The notes under the pieces were generated by a model. The model made no database searches and was not told the origin of the DNA. It saw only the letters and a program-made list of their open reading frames with translations. 53,111 nucleotides of DNA from Patescibacteria group bacterium. Its GTDB lineage: Bacteria > Patescibacteriota > UBA1384 > XYA2-FULL-43-10 > 1-14-0-10-43-13. Below, piece after piece: positions 36,823 to 45,308 of the stretch. Numbering within the stretch: position 1 is the stretch's first letter; each line of letters opens with the position of its first letter. The stretch covers positions 1 through 53,111 of the forward strand of contig JBBTQI010000012.1 in assembly GCA_038078835.1 (NCBI GenBank), written 5' to 3'. A program made the position numbers and the translations under genes.

Positions 36823-37830
36823 TTAAGACTTGGCCCATAGTACGGAACGCTTGAACGAAGCGAGATTCTCAACCGCGATACCCGACCCCTTGGCAACACA
36901 ATCCAGCGGATTGCCGGCAACCTCGCAGGGCACACCGGTAACCTTGGTCAGCAGACTGTCGAGGTTGGAGAGCAGGGATCCGCCGCCGGTAATGATAATG
37001 CCCTTATCCATAACGTCCGAAGCTAACTCGGGTGGAGTTTTTTGAAGAACATCCTTCACCGCATTAATAATATCCATAAGCGAAGATTTAATGGCCGCCA
37101 CAACATCATTCGAGGAAACCATAATGCTCTCGGGCAGACCGGTAATTGTGTTTGAGCCGGAAACCTCCATCTTTTCCTCTTTTTTAGGATTATGAGCCGA
37201 GCCAATTTGAATTTTAATCTGCTCCGCCGTCTGCTCTCCAATGATCAGATTGAATTTTTTTCGAATATAATTAGCGATAGCAATATCTATTTTGTTTCCG
37301 CCCATTCGAACAGAAGACGAGGCAACAACATCGCCCAGAGAAATCACGGCCACCTCGGTGGTTCCGCCGCCGATATCAATAATCATATTCCCGGATGGAG
37401 CGGCGATCGGAACACCTGCACCCAGAGCAGCGGCAACAGGCTTCTTGATGACATAGGTCTGGCGCGCTCCGGCTGAGTTGCAGGCGTCAATCACGGCCCG
37501 ACGCTCCGTCGAGGTCACGCCGGCCGGAACCGAAACCATAATATCGGGCTTAAAAAGACGGACCTTGCCGGAAACACGATTGATAAAATAACGAAGCATT
37601 GCCTCGGTAATCCGATAATTGGCAATCACGCCGTCTTGGAGGGGGGCGGCGGCAATGATGCTCTCCGGTGTTCGGCCAAGCATCTTTTTTGCCTCTTCGC
37701 CAATTGCCATCACCTTGTTGTCGGAAACCTGCAGTGCCACCACGCTTGGTTCACTAACAACAATTCCCCTTTTGGGCACATAAACCCGAATATTAGTCGT
37801 TCCTAAATCTATGGCAATTTTTCGCACCAT
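36823..37830 (-). CDS. mreB: Rod shape-determining protein MreB
   Basis: Motifs IDLGT, EPSVVA, DIGGGTTEVA, TPPEL, GGGSLL. Confidence 0.95.
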   Translation of the reverse strand: MVRKIAIDLGTTNIRVYVPKRGIVVSEPSVVALQVSDNKVMAIGEEAKKMLGRTPESIIAAAPLQDGVIANYRITEAMLRYFINRVSGKVRLFKPDIMVSVPAGVTSTERRAVIDACNSAGARQTYVIKKPVAAALGAGVPIAAPSGNMIIDIGGGTTEVAVISLGDVVASSSVRMGGNKIDIAIANYIRKKFNLIIGEQTAEQIKIQIGSAHNPKKEEKMEVSGSNTITGLPESIMVSSNDVVAAIKSSLMDIINAVKDVLQKTPPELASDVMDKGIIITGGGSLLSNLDSLLTKVTGVPCEVAGNPLDCVAKGSGIAVENLASFKRSVLWAKS

Positions 37831-37841
37831 CTAGGGTACCA

Positions 37842-39104
37842 TTATTTAATCCGGAAGATCTCCGCTCCCGCCTGGGATAGTTTCCCGTCAATGTTTTCGT
37901 AACCCCGGTCAATAAATTCGCACTGGTCAATAACGGTTTCGCCGTTGGCGATAAGTCCGGCAATTACCAGAGCCGCGCCGCCCCTCAAGTCCGAACAAGT
38001 CAGGCGCTTGCCTCGCAGCGGGGTCGGACCAAAAATTTGGATAATGTGAGGACTTAAAACCTCGTGCTTCGCCCCCATTTTTGCCATCTCGGAAAGATAG
38101 GAAAACCGGCCCTCAAAGATTGTCTCAAAAATTCGGCTTGGGCCGTTTGCCTGCGTCATAAGGGCCGCATAGGGCGATTGAAGGTCGGTGGGGAAACCGG
38201 GATACGTCCGGGTATCGATACTGACCGGTTTAAGTTTAGCGTGTTTTTTTACCTCTAAGTATCTTTGACCTTGCCGCGCTAAAATATCGATATCGGCACC
38301 TGTGTCTCTTAATTTCTTCAAAACAATCGAGAGATGTTCAGGCACAATGGGGCCAACAATTAATTTGGAGTTAGTTGCCAGCGCCGCCATAAGAAATGTT
38401 CCGGCCTCAATCCGATCCGGCACAACAATATGGTCAGCGCCTTTGAGATTACTAACACCCTCGATCGTAATGTCATGGGTCCCGGCACCCCGAACTTTGG
38501 CGCCCATCCGGTTGAGGAAGCGAGCCAAGTCGGCAATTTCCGGCTCAGCCGCCGCGACATGGATTCGCGTTGTCCCCGACGAAAGAACAGCCGCCATAAT
38601 GGCATTTTCCGTCGCGGTCACACTCATTTTATTAAGGGTTATGTCAGCCGCCCTGGGCTTCCCCTTTAAGTGATAGTTGCGGCCGTGGCGCCTAATCTCA
38701 ACACCCATTTGGGCAAAAAGATCGAGGTGGTCATCAATCGGCCGAGCACCGATTAAGCAGCCGCCAGGTTGACTAAAGTTTACCTCACCAAAACGAGCCA
38801 ACAGGGGGCCAACCAGTACAATAGAACCCCGAAGCTTTCGCATTAAGCGCGCCTCAGGCTGGTTGTTGTTTATCTGGCGCGGATCAAGGGTGACGGTGTC
38901 GCCATCAACCCAAATCTTAACACCAACGCTGCGTAAAATATCCTCCATTCGCCTGACATCTAAAATGTCGGGGACATTGTGAATGGTGGAAGCGGAGTCA
39001 GCCAAAATAGCCGCCGGCAGAATTTTAAGCGCCGCGTTTTTTGCTCCACTAACCTTAATTTCGCCGGATAGCTCTTTTCTTCCAACTATTTTAATCTTGC
39101 TCAT
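37842..39104 (-). CDS. murA: UDP-N-acetylglucosamine 1-carboxyvinyltransferase
   Basis: Motifs SGAKNA, PGGCLIGARP, PDRIEAGT, YPGFPTDLQ. Confidence 0.97.
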   Translation of the reverse strand: MSKIKIVGRKELSGEIKVSGAKNAALKILPAAILADSASTIHNVPDILDVRRMEDILRSVGVKIWVDGDTVTLDPRQINNNQPEARLMRKLRGSIVLVGPLLARFGEVNFSQPGGCLIGARPIDDHLDLFAQMGVEIRRHGRNYHLKGKPRAADITLNKMSVTATENAIMAAVLSSGTTRIHVAAAEPEIADLARFLNRMGAKVRGAGTHDITIEGVSNLKGADHIVVPDRIEAGTFLMAALATNSKLIVGPIVPEHLSIVLKKLRDTGADIDILARQGQRYLEVKKHAKLKPVSIDTRTYPGFPTDLQSPYAALMTQANGPSRIFETIFEGRFSYLSEMAKMGAKHEVLSPHIIQIFGPTPLRGKRLTCSDLRGGAALVIAGLIANGETVIDQCEFIDRGYENIDGKLSQAGAEIFRIK

Positions 39105-39279
39105 ATACTTCCCTCACCTAAGTTTAAATTAGCGCTATGTCGGGCAACTGCGATAGGTTAACTGCTGATATTGTATGGTAATTTTGGCCATAATGCAATA
39201 TAAAATACCCCGGGCTTGCGCCACAGAGTATTTTTTAACGCCTTGAGGTTGTTGTCGCATCTTGTTATAATTTAAATCA

Positions 39280-39996
39280 ATGAACGATCGCCGGACGAAA
39301 AATTTCACCCGGATTGTCATCTCTCAGCTTGCCGTGGCCTCTCTAATGTTTGCGATCGGTCTTGTTATTGTTTTTTACGCTCAGGGTTTTCGTTATGACT
39401 GGCAAAAGATGACCCTGATCAAGACCGGCATTCTTTATCTATCGTCGAATCAGAAAAACGCCTCGGTTTACCTTGATGATCAGTTTGTCTCAGCTAAGAC
39501 GCCCTACAGCCGCAATCTTTTGCCGGGCTACTACCAGATCGAGGTTAAAAAGGATAATTACGTCGCCTGGTTGGCTGTGGCCAAAATTGAACCGGAGATG
39601 GTCACCGACTTTCGCGATGTGATTCTTATCCCGAACAGCATCACCCCCGCCCCGCTAAACGACGAAAAGAAGATTGCCCTGTTATCACTGCCGACCGATG
39701 TCCTGGCGGTCAACGCCGACAAGGCTCTTGTTTATAATGATCATGAAATCTGGGTCAGTGACATCCTTGTCACCCGCTTTGCCGAACCCATCCAAAAGGC
39801 AATCTGGTACCCTGATTATAACCACATTATCTACCAGCAGGGTCAAAAGATTAGAGTAATTGAAAAGAGCGGCTTTAACGACACACTGCTGGTTAAACTA
39901 AACCAGAGTACCGTCACCGATCTGGCTGTAGGAGGACGCGGCGAGGAGCTCTATTATCGCGACAACGGCCAGACAATGATGGCCAAGATAAAATAG
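39280..39996 (+). CDS. PEGA domain membrane protein
   Basis: N-terminal TM with YAQGFR; PEGA pattern SSN..NASVYLDD..TP..LLPGYYQIEVKKDNY..W. Confidence 0.85.
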   Translation: MNDRRTKNFTRIVISQLAVASLMFAIGLVIVFYAQGFRYDWQKMTLIKTGILYLSSNQKNASVYLDDQFVSAKTPYSRNLLPGYYQIEVKKDNYVAWLAVAKIEPEMVTDFRDVILIPNSITPAPLNDEKKIALLSLPTDVLAVNADKALVYNDHEIWVSDILVTRFAEPIQKAIWYPDYNHIIYQQGQKIRVIEKSGFNDTLLVKLNQSTVTDLAVGGRGEELYYRDNGQTMMAKIK

Positions 39997-40037
39997 TCTT
40001 TCTGGTTGTCGTGTGGCTTTGTCCCTTGCTCATATTT

Positions 40038-40814
40038 CTACCGAACACCCGGCAAATCATTTTTAATTTTGTCAGCTGATTGTTTTTCGATGTTGCCAGC
40101 CGGATCCGGCGCAACCTGATCCGCCACAACAATCAGGCGGCGCAGGGTAGTGCCCACGGGCGTACAGGTCATAAGTGTCAGAACCGGTTTTCCTCTTGAC
40201 TCCATCACCGAGATCTCGCTGGGGGCAACGGTTTTTATCTCTTTAACAACGTACTCGTAAGACTTATTGTCATACATTAATCGGACACGGTTTCCGATCA
40301 CCACGCGTCCCAACAGGGCAAAAACGGTCTTGTAGCTCCCCTTGGACCAGGGCAGATCCGAACTGTGCCCGGTAATAAAAACATTGCCGTTTTCACCGGG
40401 CAGAGCTGTGCCCCGAATGTGAATCAGGCCGTTTTGGAGGTTCTGCCGTATCTCCCGCTCCTCATTTTCGACCCGCCAGGTCACGGGGGCAGTGACATCA
40501 ATCGCTTCAACGCGAAGCTGGTTATTGGCGAGACCGGTGCTTTCGGCCAAGTTTGATGCCCCGTCCCCGCCTGCGCCGGTCCCACCGATCTCGACTTGAG
40601 AGGTGACCGCCAGCGGCTGATATTCGCTCCGATACCACCAGGTCAAATTCTGCCAAATATTGGCGAAATTGAAAGCGACAAAAACCGCAACGTATATGAG
40701 GACAAAAACCAAAAAAGACCGCCCGAAACGCATCAGCCTGGACCGTCTTTTTTTGTTTCTGGAGGTAAAGAGCAAAACCAGATCCGACTCATTTAAAAGA
40801 TGATCTTTTTTCAT
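40038..40814 (-). CDS. Sortase
   Basis: TM; PGENGNVFITGHSS, LTLMTCTPVGT, RRLIV. Confidence 0.92.
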   Translation of the reverse strand: MKKDHLLNESDLVLLFTSRNKKRRSRLMRFGRSFLVFVLIYVAVFVAFNFANIWQNLTWWYRSEYQPLAVTSQVEIGGTGAGGDGASNLAESTGLANNQLRVEAIDVTAPVTWRVENEEREIRQNLQNGLIHIRGTALPGENGNVFITGHSSDLPWSKGSYKTVFALLGRVVIGNRVRLMYDNKSYEYVVKEIKTVAPSEISVMESRGKPVLTLMTCTPVGTTLRRLIVVADQVAPDPAGNIEKQSADKIKNDLPGVR

Positions 40815-40852
40815 TCCGGCAATACCATTAATTTTATAGCGGGCGGAATTAG

Positions 40853-41272
40853 TTATTTCTGCTGTTCATACACAGGCAGCGGATATGACATTACCAACTC
40901 ATCGTCAATTGAAATCTCTACCCAATATACGCCTGGTTTTTCAAAATTGACGCTCACGAGCCCACTGATGATGTTCGCTGGGCTTGTTTCATTTTGTAAA
41001 ATAAATTCTTGATCAGCAACCTCCGCAACACTACCGTTCAAATCCGGATTTTTAATCGCTATTTTTTGCTTAAATTTACCTTTGCCATAAATCCATCTGT
41101 TAGCGATAAAAAATTGTGGGATAACGCCGGTGCGGACAAAGTTATCAAATATACCGATAAAAACAGGCTTGCCGCCTTGTCCTTTGGCAACGCCGTCGCA
41201 CAAAACAGAAAACTGCAAAATCGGCTTGCTCTTTTCTTCTGCCGCTGGTTGTGTGGTGTTATCTTTTGCCAT
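40853..41272 (-). CDS. Hypothetical beta-strand-rich protein (DUF6941-like)
   Basis: Pattern LCD.V....GK...IGIFD ... F..PG.Y.V.I.ID recalls DUF6941. Overlaps the upstream protease gene by 14 nt. Confidence 0.7.
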   Translation of the reverse strand: MAKDNTTQPAAEEKSKPILQFSVLCDGVAKGQGGKPVFIGIFDNFVRTGVIPQFFIANRWIYGKGKFKQKIAIKNPDLNGSVAEVADQEFILQNETSPANIISGLVSVNFEKPGVYWVEISIDDELVMSYPLPVYEQQK

Positions 41273-42350
41273 ATTTCTGTGATAAGTCCTTTATAAAATT
41301 CTTCTCCACTGGCACGGAGAAAGTGTCAGTTTCCAAAACGGTCATCACCTGTCGGTATTCCACCAAGTTTTCGGTCAGAAGCCGCTCGTTCCGGTTGTTT
41401 CTCATCATGTCGTCGTAAAGCTTATGCAGCCGCCAAACCGACTTCCAGACTTCGGGGTCAAAACCATCATTGCCCGGACAAACGACATTGAATCCAAGTT
41501 CTTGCGCTTTGTCCGTGCCTATCGCATAACCGTGGGAATAATAACCCTCGGTTAACTGGTGCGCGATATTTCTGTGTTTTGGCACTTTCTTTTTTGCGTC
41601 ATTGACATCCGCTTCCTCAACGTCCTTATCTTTCAAAAGACCGCTCATGTGCAAGAGGTCAGAGGCGTATTGTTTTGCGCTCTGTATCGCGCGGTCATAC
41701 TGTCCAAGCACCTTGAGATCGATCTTCTCAATCAGCGGCATGTATTTCAGAGCTTTTTCCTGATTGTCTTCAGTCAGTCCTTCAATGACCTTCAACGCGT
41801 CTTTAATGGATAGCGCCGACACCTGCATTGTTCGCCCGTATTCATCGGGTATGCGAATTTGAGGGTCAATTGGTCCAAGTTCCGATGAAGGCCCCATCAA
41901 AAGCGTGTCCGCACCCAAAGAAAGCAAAGTTGCGGCACTTTTTGCGTAGTAGGGAATGATTACATTAAATTGCGTGGCGTATTGCCTGCACCAGCGCGAC
42001 ATATTGAAAGCTTGGTCGGCAAATCCACCGGGACTTAACAAAAAGAGATCGAGCTTTTCTTGTTTGCCGACTTCTTGCAAGAGTTCAAAAAAAATTTCCG
42101 CATGTTGCGCGTCCAAAGTGTCGTGAGAATAAAACACGAAAACTTTGGAGCCACGTTTTTGCTGAATGTTCTTGATAAGCTCAATTCGTGCCTGCCGCAA
42201 ACTGTTTTCAAAATTTTGGTTATGCTGGCTACGCTTTTGATTTAGCTCAATGGAGACTGGCAACGAAGCGCCCTCACCGCCTTCTTCCGGTTTTCTTGGG
42301 GCTGGCTCCGTTAGTTCCAGTTTTTTCGGTTGTTTTGGATCATTGCTCAT
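41259..42350 (-). CDS. SDH-family Clp-fold serine protease (Ser-Asp-His, DUF114/S49-like)
   Basis: LDLFLLSPGG; AKSAATLLSLG (Ser); ELGPIDPQ (Asp); YYSHGYAI (His). Confidence 0.88.
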   Translation of the reverse strand: MSNDPKQPKKLELTEPAPRKPEEGGEGASLPVSIELNQKRSQHNQNFENSLRQARIELIKNIQQKRGSKVFVFYSHDTLDAQHAEIFFELLQEVGKQEKLDLFLLSPGGFADQAFNMSRWCRQYATQFNVIIPYYAKSAATLLSLGADTLLMGPSSELGPIDPQIRIPDEYGRTMQVSALSIKDALKVIEGLTEDNQEKALKYMPLIEKIDLKVLGQYDRAIQSAKQYASDLLHMSGLLKDKDVEEADVNDAKKKVPKHRNIAHQLTEGYYSHGYAIGTDKAQELGFNVVCPGNDGFDPEVWKSVWRLHKLYDDMMRNNRNERLLTENLVEYRQVMTVLETDTFSVPVEKNFIKDLSQKYGKR

Positions 42351-42735
42351 ATCGGATTTCGTTATTGGCAGACGGGTAATAATATGGGTTCACCTGACGC
42401 AAATAATCATCAAGGGGGTTATCATTCTGCGGATAAGGCAGTGACTTGCCCTGATATTTATCTCTGTATGCGTCATAAAGCTCGCGGACGTTTTTCTTTC
42501 CACTTTCCGCCGCCGGTCTATCTTTCTGATCGGAAGCCAAAAAGTCCGCGTAAGAGCAGCTAAACGCCTCGCAAAATTTGAGCAGTTCTTCAACTGTAAC
42601 CTTGCGCTTTCCTTGTTCTATTGAAGTAACCGCTCCGCGGGACAAACCGACTTTTTCTGCAAGTTTCTCCTGCGTCATGCCGGCCTTTTGGCGGAAATCC
42701 TGTATTTTCTTGTAGAGATTTGGTGCCGTGCTCAT
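42340..42735 (-). CDS. XRE-family HTH transcriptional regulator
   Basis: RQKAGMTQEKLAEKVGLSRGAVTSIEQGKR. Start at MSTAP, downstream of a consensus promoter. Confidence 0.9.
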   Translation of the reverse strand: MSTAPNLYKKIQDFRQKAGMTQEKLAEKVGLSRGAVTSIEQGKRKVTVEELLKFCEAFSCSYADFLASDQKDRPAAESGKKNVRELYDAYRDKYQGKSLPYPQNDNPLDDYLRQVNPYYYPSANNEIRYEQ

Positions 42736-42758
42736 ATAAATAACCTTATTATGTAAGT

Positions 42759-42798
42759 AATGTAGCAAATTCAAACAAGCGTGTCAAGTTTTTCTACA
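42759..42798 (-). promoter_or_regulatory. Sigma70-type promoter of the XRE-protease operon with an overlapping inverted repeat
   Basis: TTGACA (42787-42782), 17 bp spacer, TACATT (42764-42759). Inverted pair TGTAGCAAA (42761-42769) / TTTTCTACA (42790-42798). Confidence 0.65.
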
Positions 42799-42813
42799 AA
42801 TATACTGGAATAA

Positions 42814-45306
42814 CTAGATTTCGGCCAAAACTTGCGTGATTTTACGTTCCATCAGCTCAATCAGACGGCGGTTGGCGGCGATGATTTCTTCTTCCTTTTC
42901 CGCCTCGGCGACGAGCTGTTTTTGGACTTCAAGCGTTGGGAGCGGGATTTTATATTTTTTTACAAAGTCAGGCGATACTCGTTGAAGTCCACCTGTACCA
43001 GACATTCGTGCTTTGCCTGATTCTCTAAAATCATCACTGGAAGTAAAGCCATATACAATTTCGGGCAATATCCGTTCTGAAGCTCGTAAAACGATAAACT
43101 CACTGGAGCCAAACCCAATACCATTTTTTAGATTCCGAGCTATACCGGCTTTTCCGTTTTCAAAACAGGGGGTAACTTTCGCGAGGAGCACGTCGTTGTC
43201 TGCAAAATAAGTATAGCTACCAGAAACATCAGATAAATTCTTTATCTGTTTTGCTTCAAATTGCATTGAATTTTCTGATATATCTGCCATAGGCACAAAA
43301 GATACTTCTGTCTTTGCAGGCAACTTTGCAATCTGACTTTTCTTGGGATTGATTTCGCATACCTCTCCTAACTCCACCCACTCAACGTCTTTTAACTTTC
43401 TAAGCGACTGGCCAAAATAGCGTCTCTCTCTCTCTAGATTTTTGATAATTTCTTTGGCGTGCTTGATTGCGTTCTGCTTGACCTCAATCTGCTCGACAAT
43501 TTCCTTTTGGATTTCGAGTGGTGGAAGTGGGATTGTGTACGGAAATAAGGATGCGCGCGTAATTTGCGGCTGTGCTGAACCAGTAATCGTCTGTCTAAAA
43601 TCCCCCTGTTTCAAAATGTAGTATAAAAACTTTTTGTTGAGGCATTCATCTTTTGGTTTAACAACCATCGCATTGCCAGTAATCCAGGACTTCGGCTCGG
43701 AAAAATTTATTGTCCCACAAGTCGCACCGCGACAGGTGACAAGCACCTCCGCATCTTCGTGATTATATTTGTCGTAATAGCCGATGACACCATTCGCACC
43801 AAAAACTTTATAAGGACCAGATTCTTTAATGTCCTTTGAGGTAATTGTTTTCGGTTGATACATTTCACAAATTTCACCCAATGCTACTATTGGCCACTTT
43901 TCATTTTTCCGAGCTACAATTTCTTTATATCGTTCGCTAGTTAAACTGTATCCACCATTTTCAGCGATTTTTTCTTTCTTTACCCAAAGGGCGAGATTGC
44001 TCTCGCCCGCCTTCGCCGAGGCTTCGGCGGGCAAGTATTTCTTGCCGTTCTTCCATGCGTCTAAAACAGCCAGGGCTTCCGGTGAGTCGTTTTTATCAAT
44101 CTTTCGTCTTTGCGCGCCGAGATCAAAGCCGTCGTTTTCTATTTTCACGAACAAAAGCTCGTTGCTCTTTTTCGCAAGCTGATTATCAAAAAAGAGAATG
44201 CTCGTTTTTACGTTACCTTTGCCGCCGGGCTTGGCAAACACGCCTTGCGGTAGAGAAACAACGGCATACAGACCATCTTCAACTAATTTCTTCCGCAATT
44301 CTTTATATGCCGAGTCGTTTCGGAAAATGACACCTTCGGGAACAATAATACCGGCACGTCCTTTGATGTTGAGGTGTTCCAAAATATAATCAACAAACAA
44401 TACTTCACTGCGGGTGGCTTGCACGGAAAAACGCTTGTGTGGGCGAATCCCGCCTTTTGGTGTCATAAACGGCGGATTGGCGAGAATGACGTCAAAAGTA
44501 TCATCCCAGCGATCCTCATACGTCAGTGTGTCGTATTCGTATATTTTCGGATTGGGGAAATGGTGCAAATACATATTCACGATGGCAATTCTCATCATCC
44601 CCGGATCAATGTCGTAACCCACAAAATTACTCATCATCTTTTGCTTTTCTTCCGGTGAGAGGCGTTTTTCCGCACTCGTTGGCTCTCCGGTTTGGTCATT
44701 CTTGCCGTCGTGCTGGCGCAAAATGTGTTTGTACGCGGAAATCAAAAATCCGGCCGTGCCGCAGGCGGGGTCTAAAATCGTTTCGTTTTTCTTTGGGGCA
44801 ACAACCTCAACGATAAAATCAATGATATGGCGCGGCGTGCGAAATTGTCCGGCTTCTCCCGATGTACCGACGACATTCAGCAGGTATTCATAGGCGTCGC
44901 CCAAATCCTCGCTGTGGTCAAAAGTAAATCCGTCAATTTCTTTCAGAAACAAATTTAATGTTTGAGCGTCGTTATAGGGCAAGGCCGCACCCTTAAAAAT
45001 ATCCTTGAAAAGCTGGGGGATGTGCGGATTTTTGGACATATTCGTAATGGCTTGTACATACAGATCAAGCCGCTCGGCGCCGGAAAGCCGCTTGTCTAAA
45101 AGTTTGGTCCAGCTGTATTTTTCAAAACCATTGGCAAAAAATCGCGTCTGTCCGCCAAGCTCCTGCGATTCCTTATCCATATCGTCCATGAACTTATAAA
45201 CCAGCGCGGTGGTGATTTGCTCCACTTGCGCCTTTGGATCAGGAACTTTGCCGACAAGGATTTGCCGGGCAGAGTCAATTTTTCGTTTTGTAGTAGCGTC
45301 TAACAT
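42814..45306 (-). CDS. hsdM: Type I R-M N6-adenine methyltransferase fused to the specificity subunit (HsdM-HsdS, two TRDs)
   Basis: Motifs GQFRTPRHI, DPACGTAGFL, NPPF; then two TRDs ending in IPLPPLEIQKEIV and IPLPTLEVQKQLV. Confidence 0.93.
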   Translation of the reverse strand: MLDATTKRKIDSARQILVGKVPDPKAQVEQITTALVYKFMDDMDKESQELGGQTRFFANGFEKYSWTKLLDKRLSGAERLDLYVQAITNMSKNPHIPQLFKDIFKGAALPYNDAQTLNLFLKEIDGFTFDHSEDLGDAYEYLLNVVGTSGEAGQFRTPRHIIDFIVEVVAPKKNETILDPACGTAGFLISAYKHILRQHDGKNDQTGEPTSAEKRLSPEEKQKMMSNFVGYDIDPGMMRIAIVNMYLHHFPNPKIYEYDTLTYEDRWDDTFDVILANPPFMTPKGGIRPHKRFSVQATRSEVLFVDYILEHLNIKGRAGIIVPEGVIFRNDSAYKELRKKLVEDGLYAVVSLPQGVFAKPGGKGNVKTSILFFDNQLAKKSNELLFVKIENDGFDLGAQRRKIDKNDSPEALAVLDAWKNGKKYLPAEASAKAGESNLALWVKKEKIAENGGYSLTSERYKEIVARKNEKWPIVALGEICEMYQPKTITSKDIKESGPYKVFGANGVIGYYDKYNHEDAEVLVTCRGATCGTINFSEPKSWITGNAMVVKPKDECLNKKFLYYILKQGDFRQTITGSAQPQITRASLFPYTIPLPPLEIQKEIVEQIEVKQNAIKHAKEIIKNLERERRYFGQSLRKLKDVEWVELGEVCEINPKKSQIAKLPAKTEVSFVPMADISENSMQFEAKQIKNLSDVSGSYTYFADNDVLLAKVTPCFENGKAGIARNLKNGIGFGSSEFIVLRASERILPEIVYGFTSSDDFRESGKARMSGTGGLQRVSPDFVKKYKIPLPTLEVQKQLVAEAEKEEEIIAANRRLIELMERKITQVLAEI
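43423..43435 (-). repeat. (AG)6A dinucleotide tract in the inter-TRD spacer
   Basis: Plus strand TCTCTCTCTCTCT, encoding LERERR. Confidence 0.8.
44002..44035. repeat. GC-rich REP-like palindrome in-frame within hsdM-S
   Basis: CTCGCCCGCCTTCGCCGAGGCTTCGGCGGGCAAG, read as LPAEASAKAGE, embedded in AT-rich coding sequence. Confidence 0.7.
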
Positions 45307-45308
45307 AG

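Noticed and set aside
36821-36935. N-terminal extensions in the ORF track (GT4 to 36935; also eno, lexA, hisS, nusA, dus, udg and the surface protein)
   Set aside because: The extensions overlap neighbouring genes or promoters; downstream starts fit family N-termini and RBS positions better.
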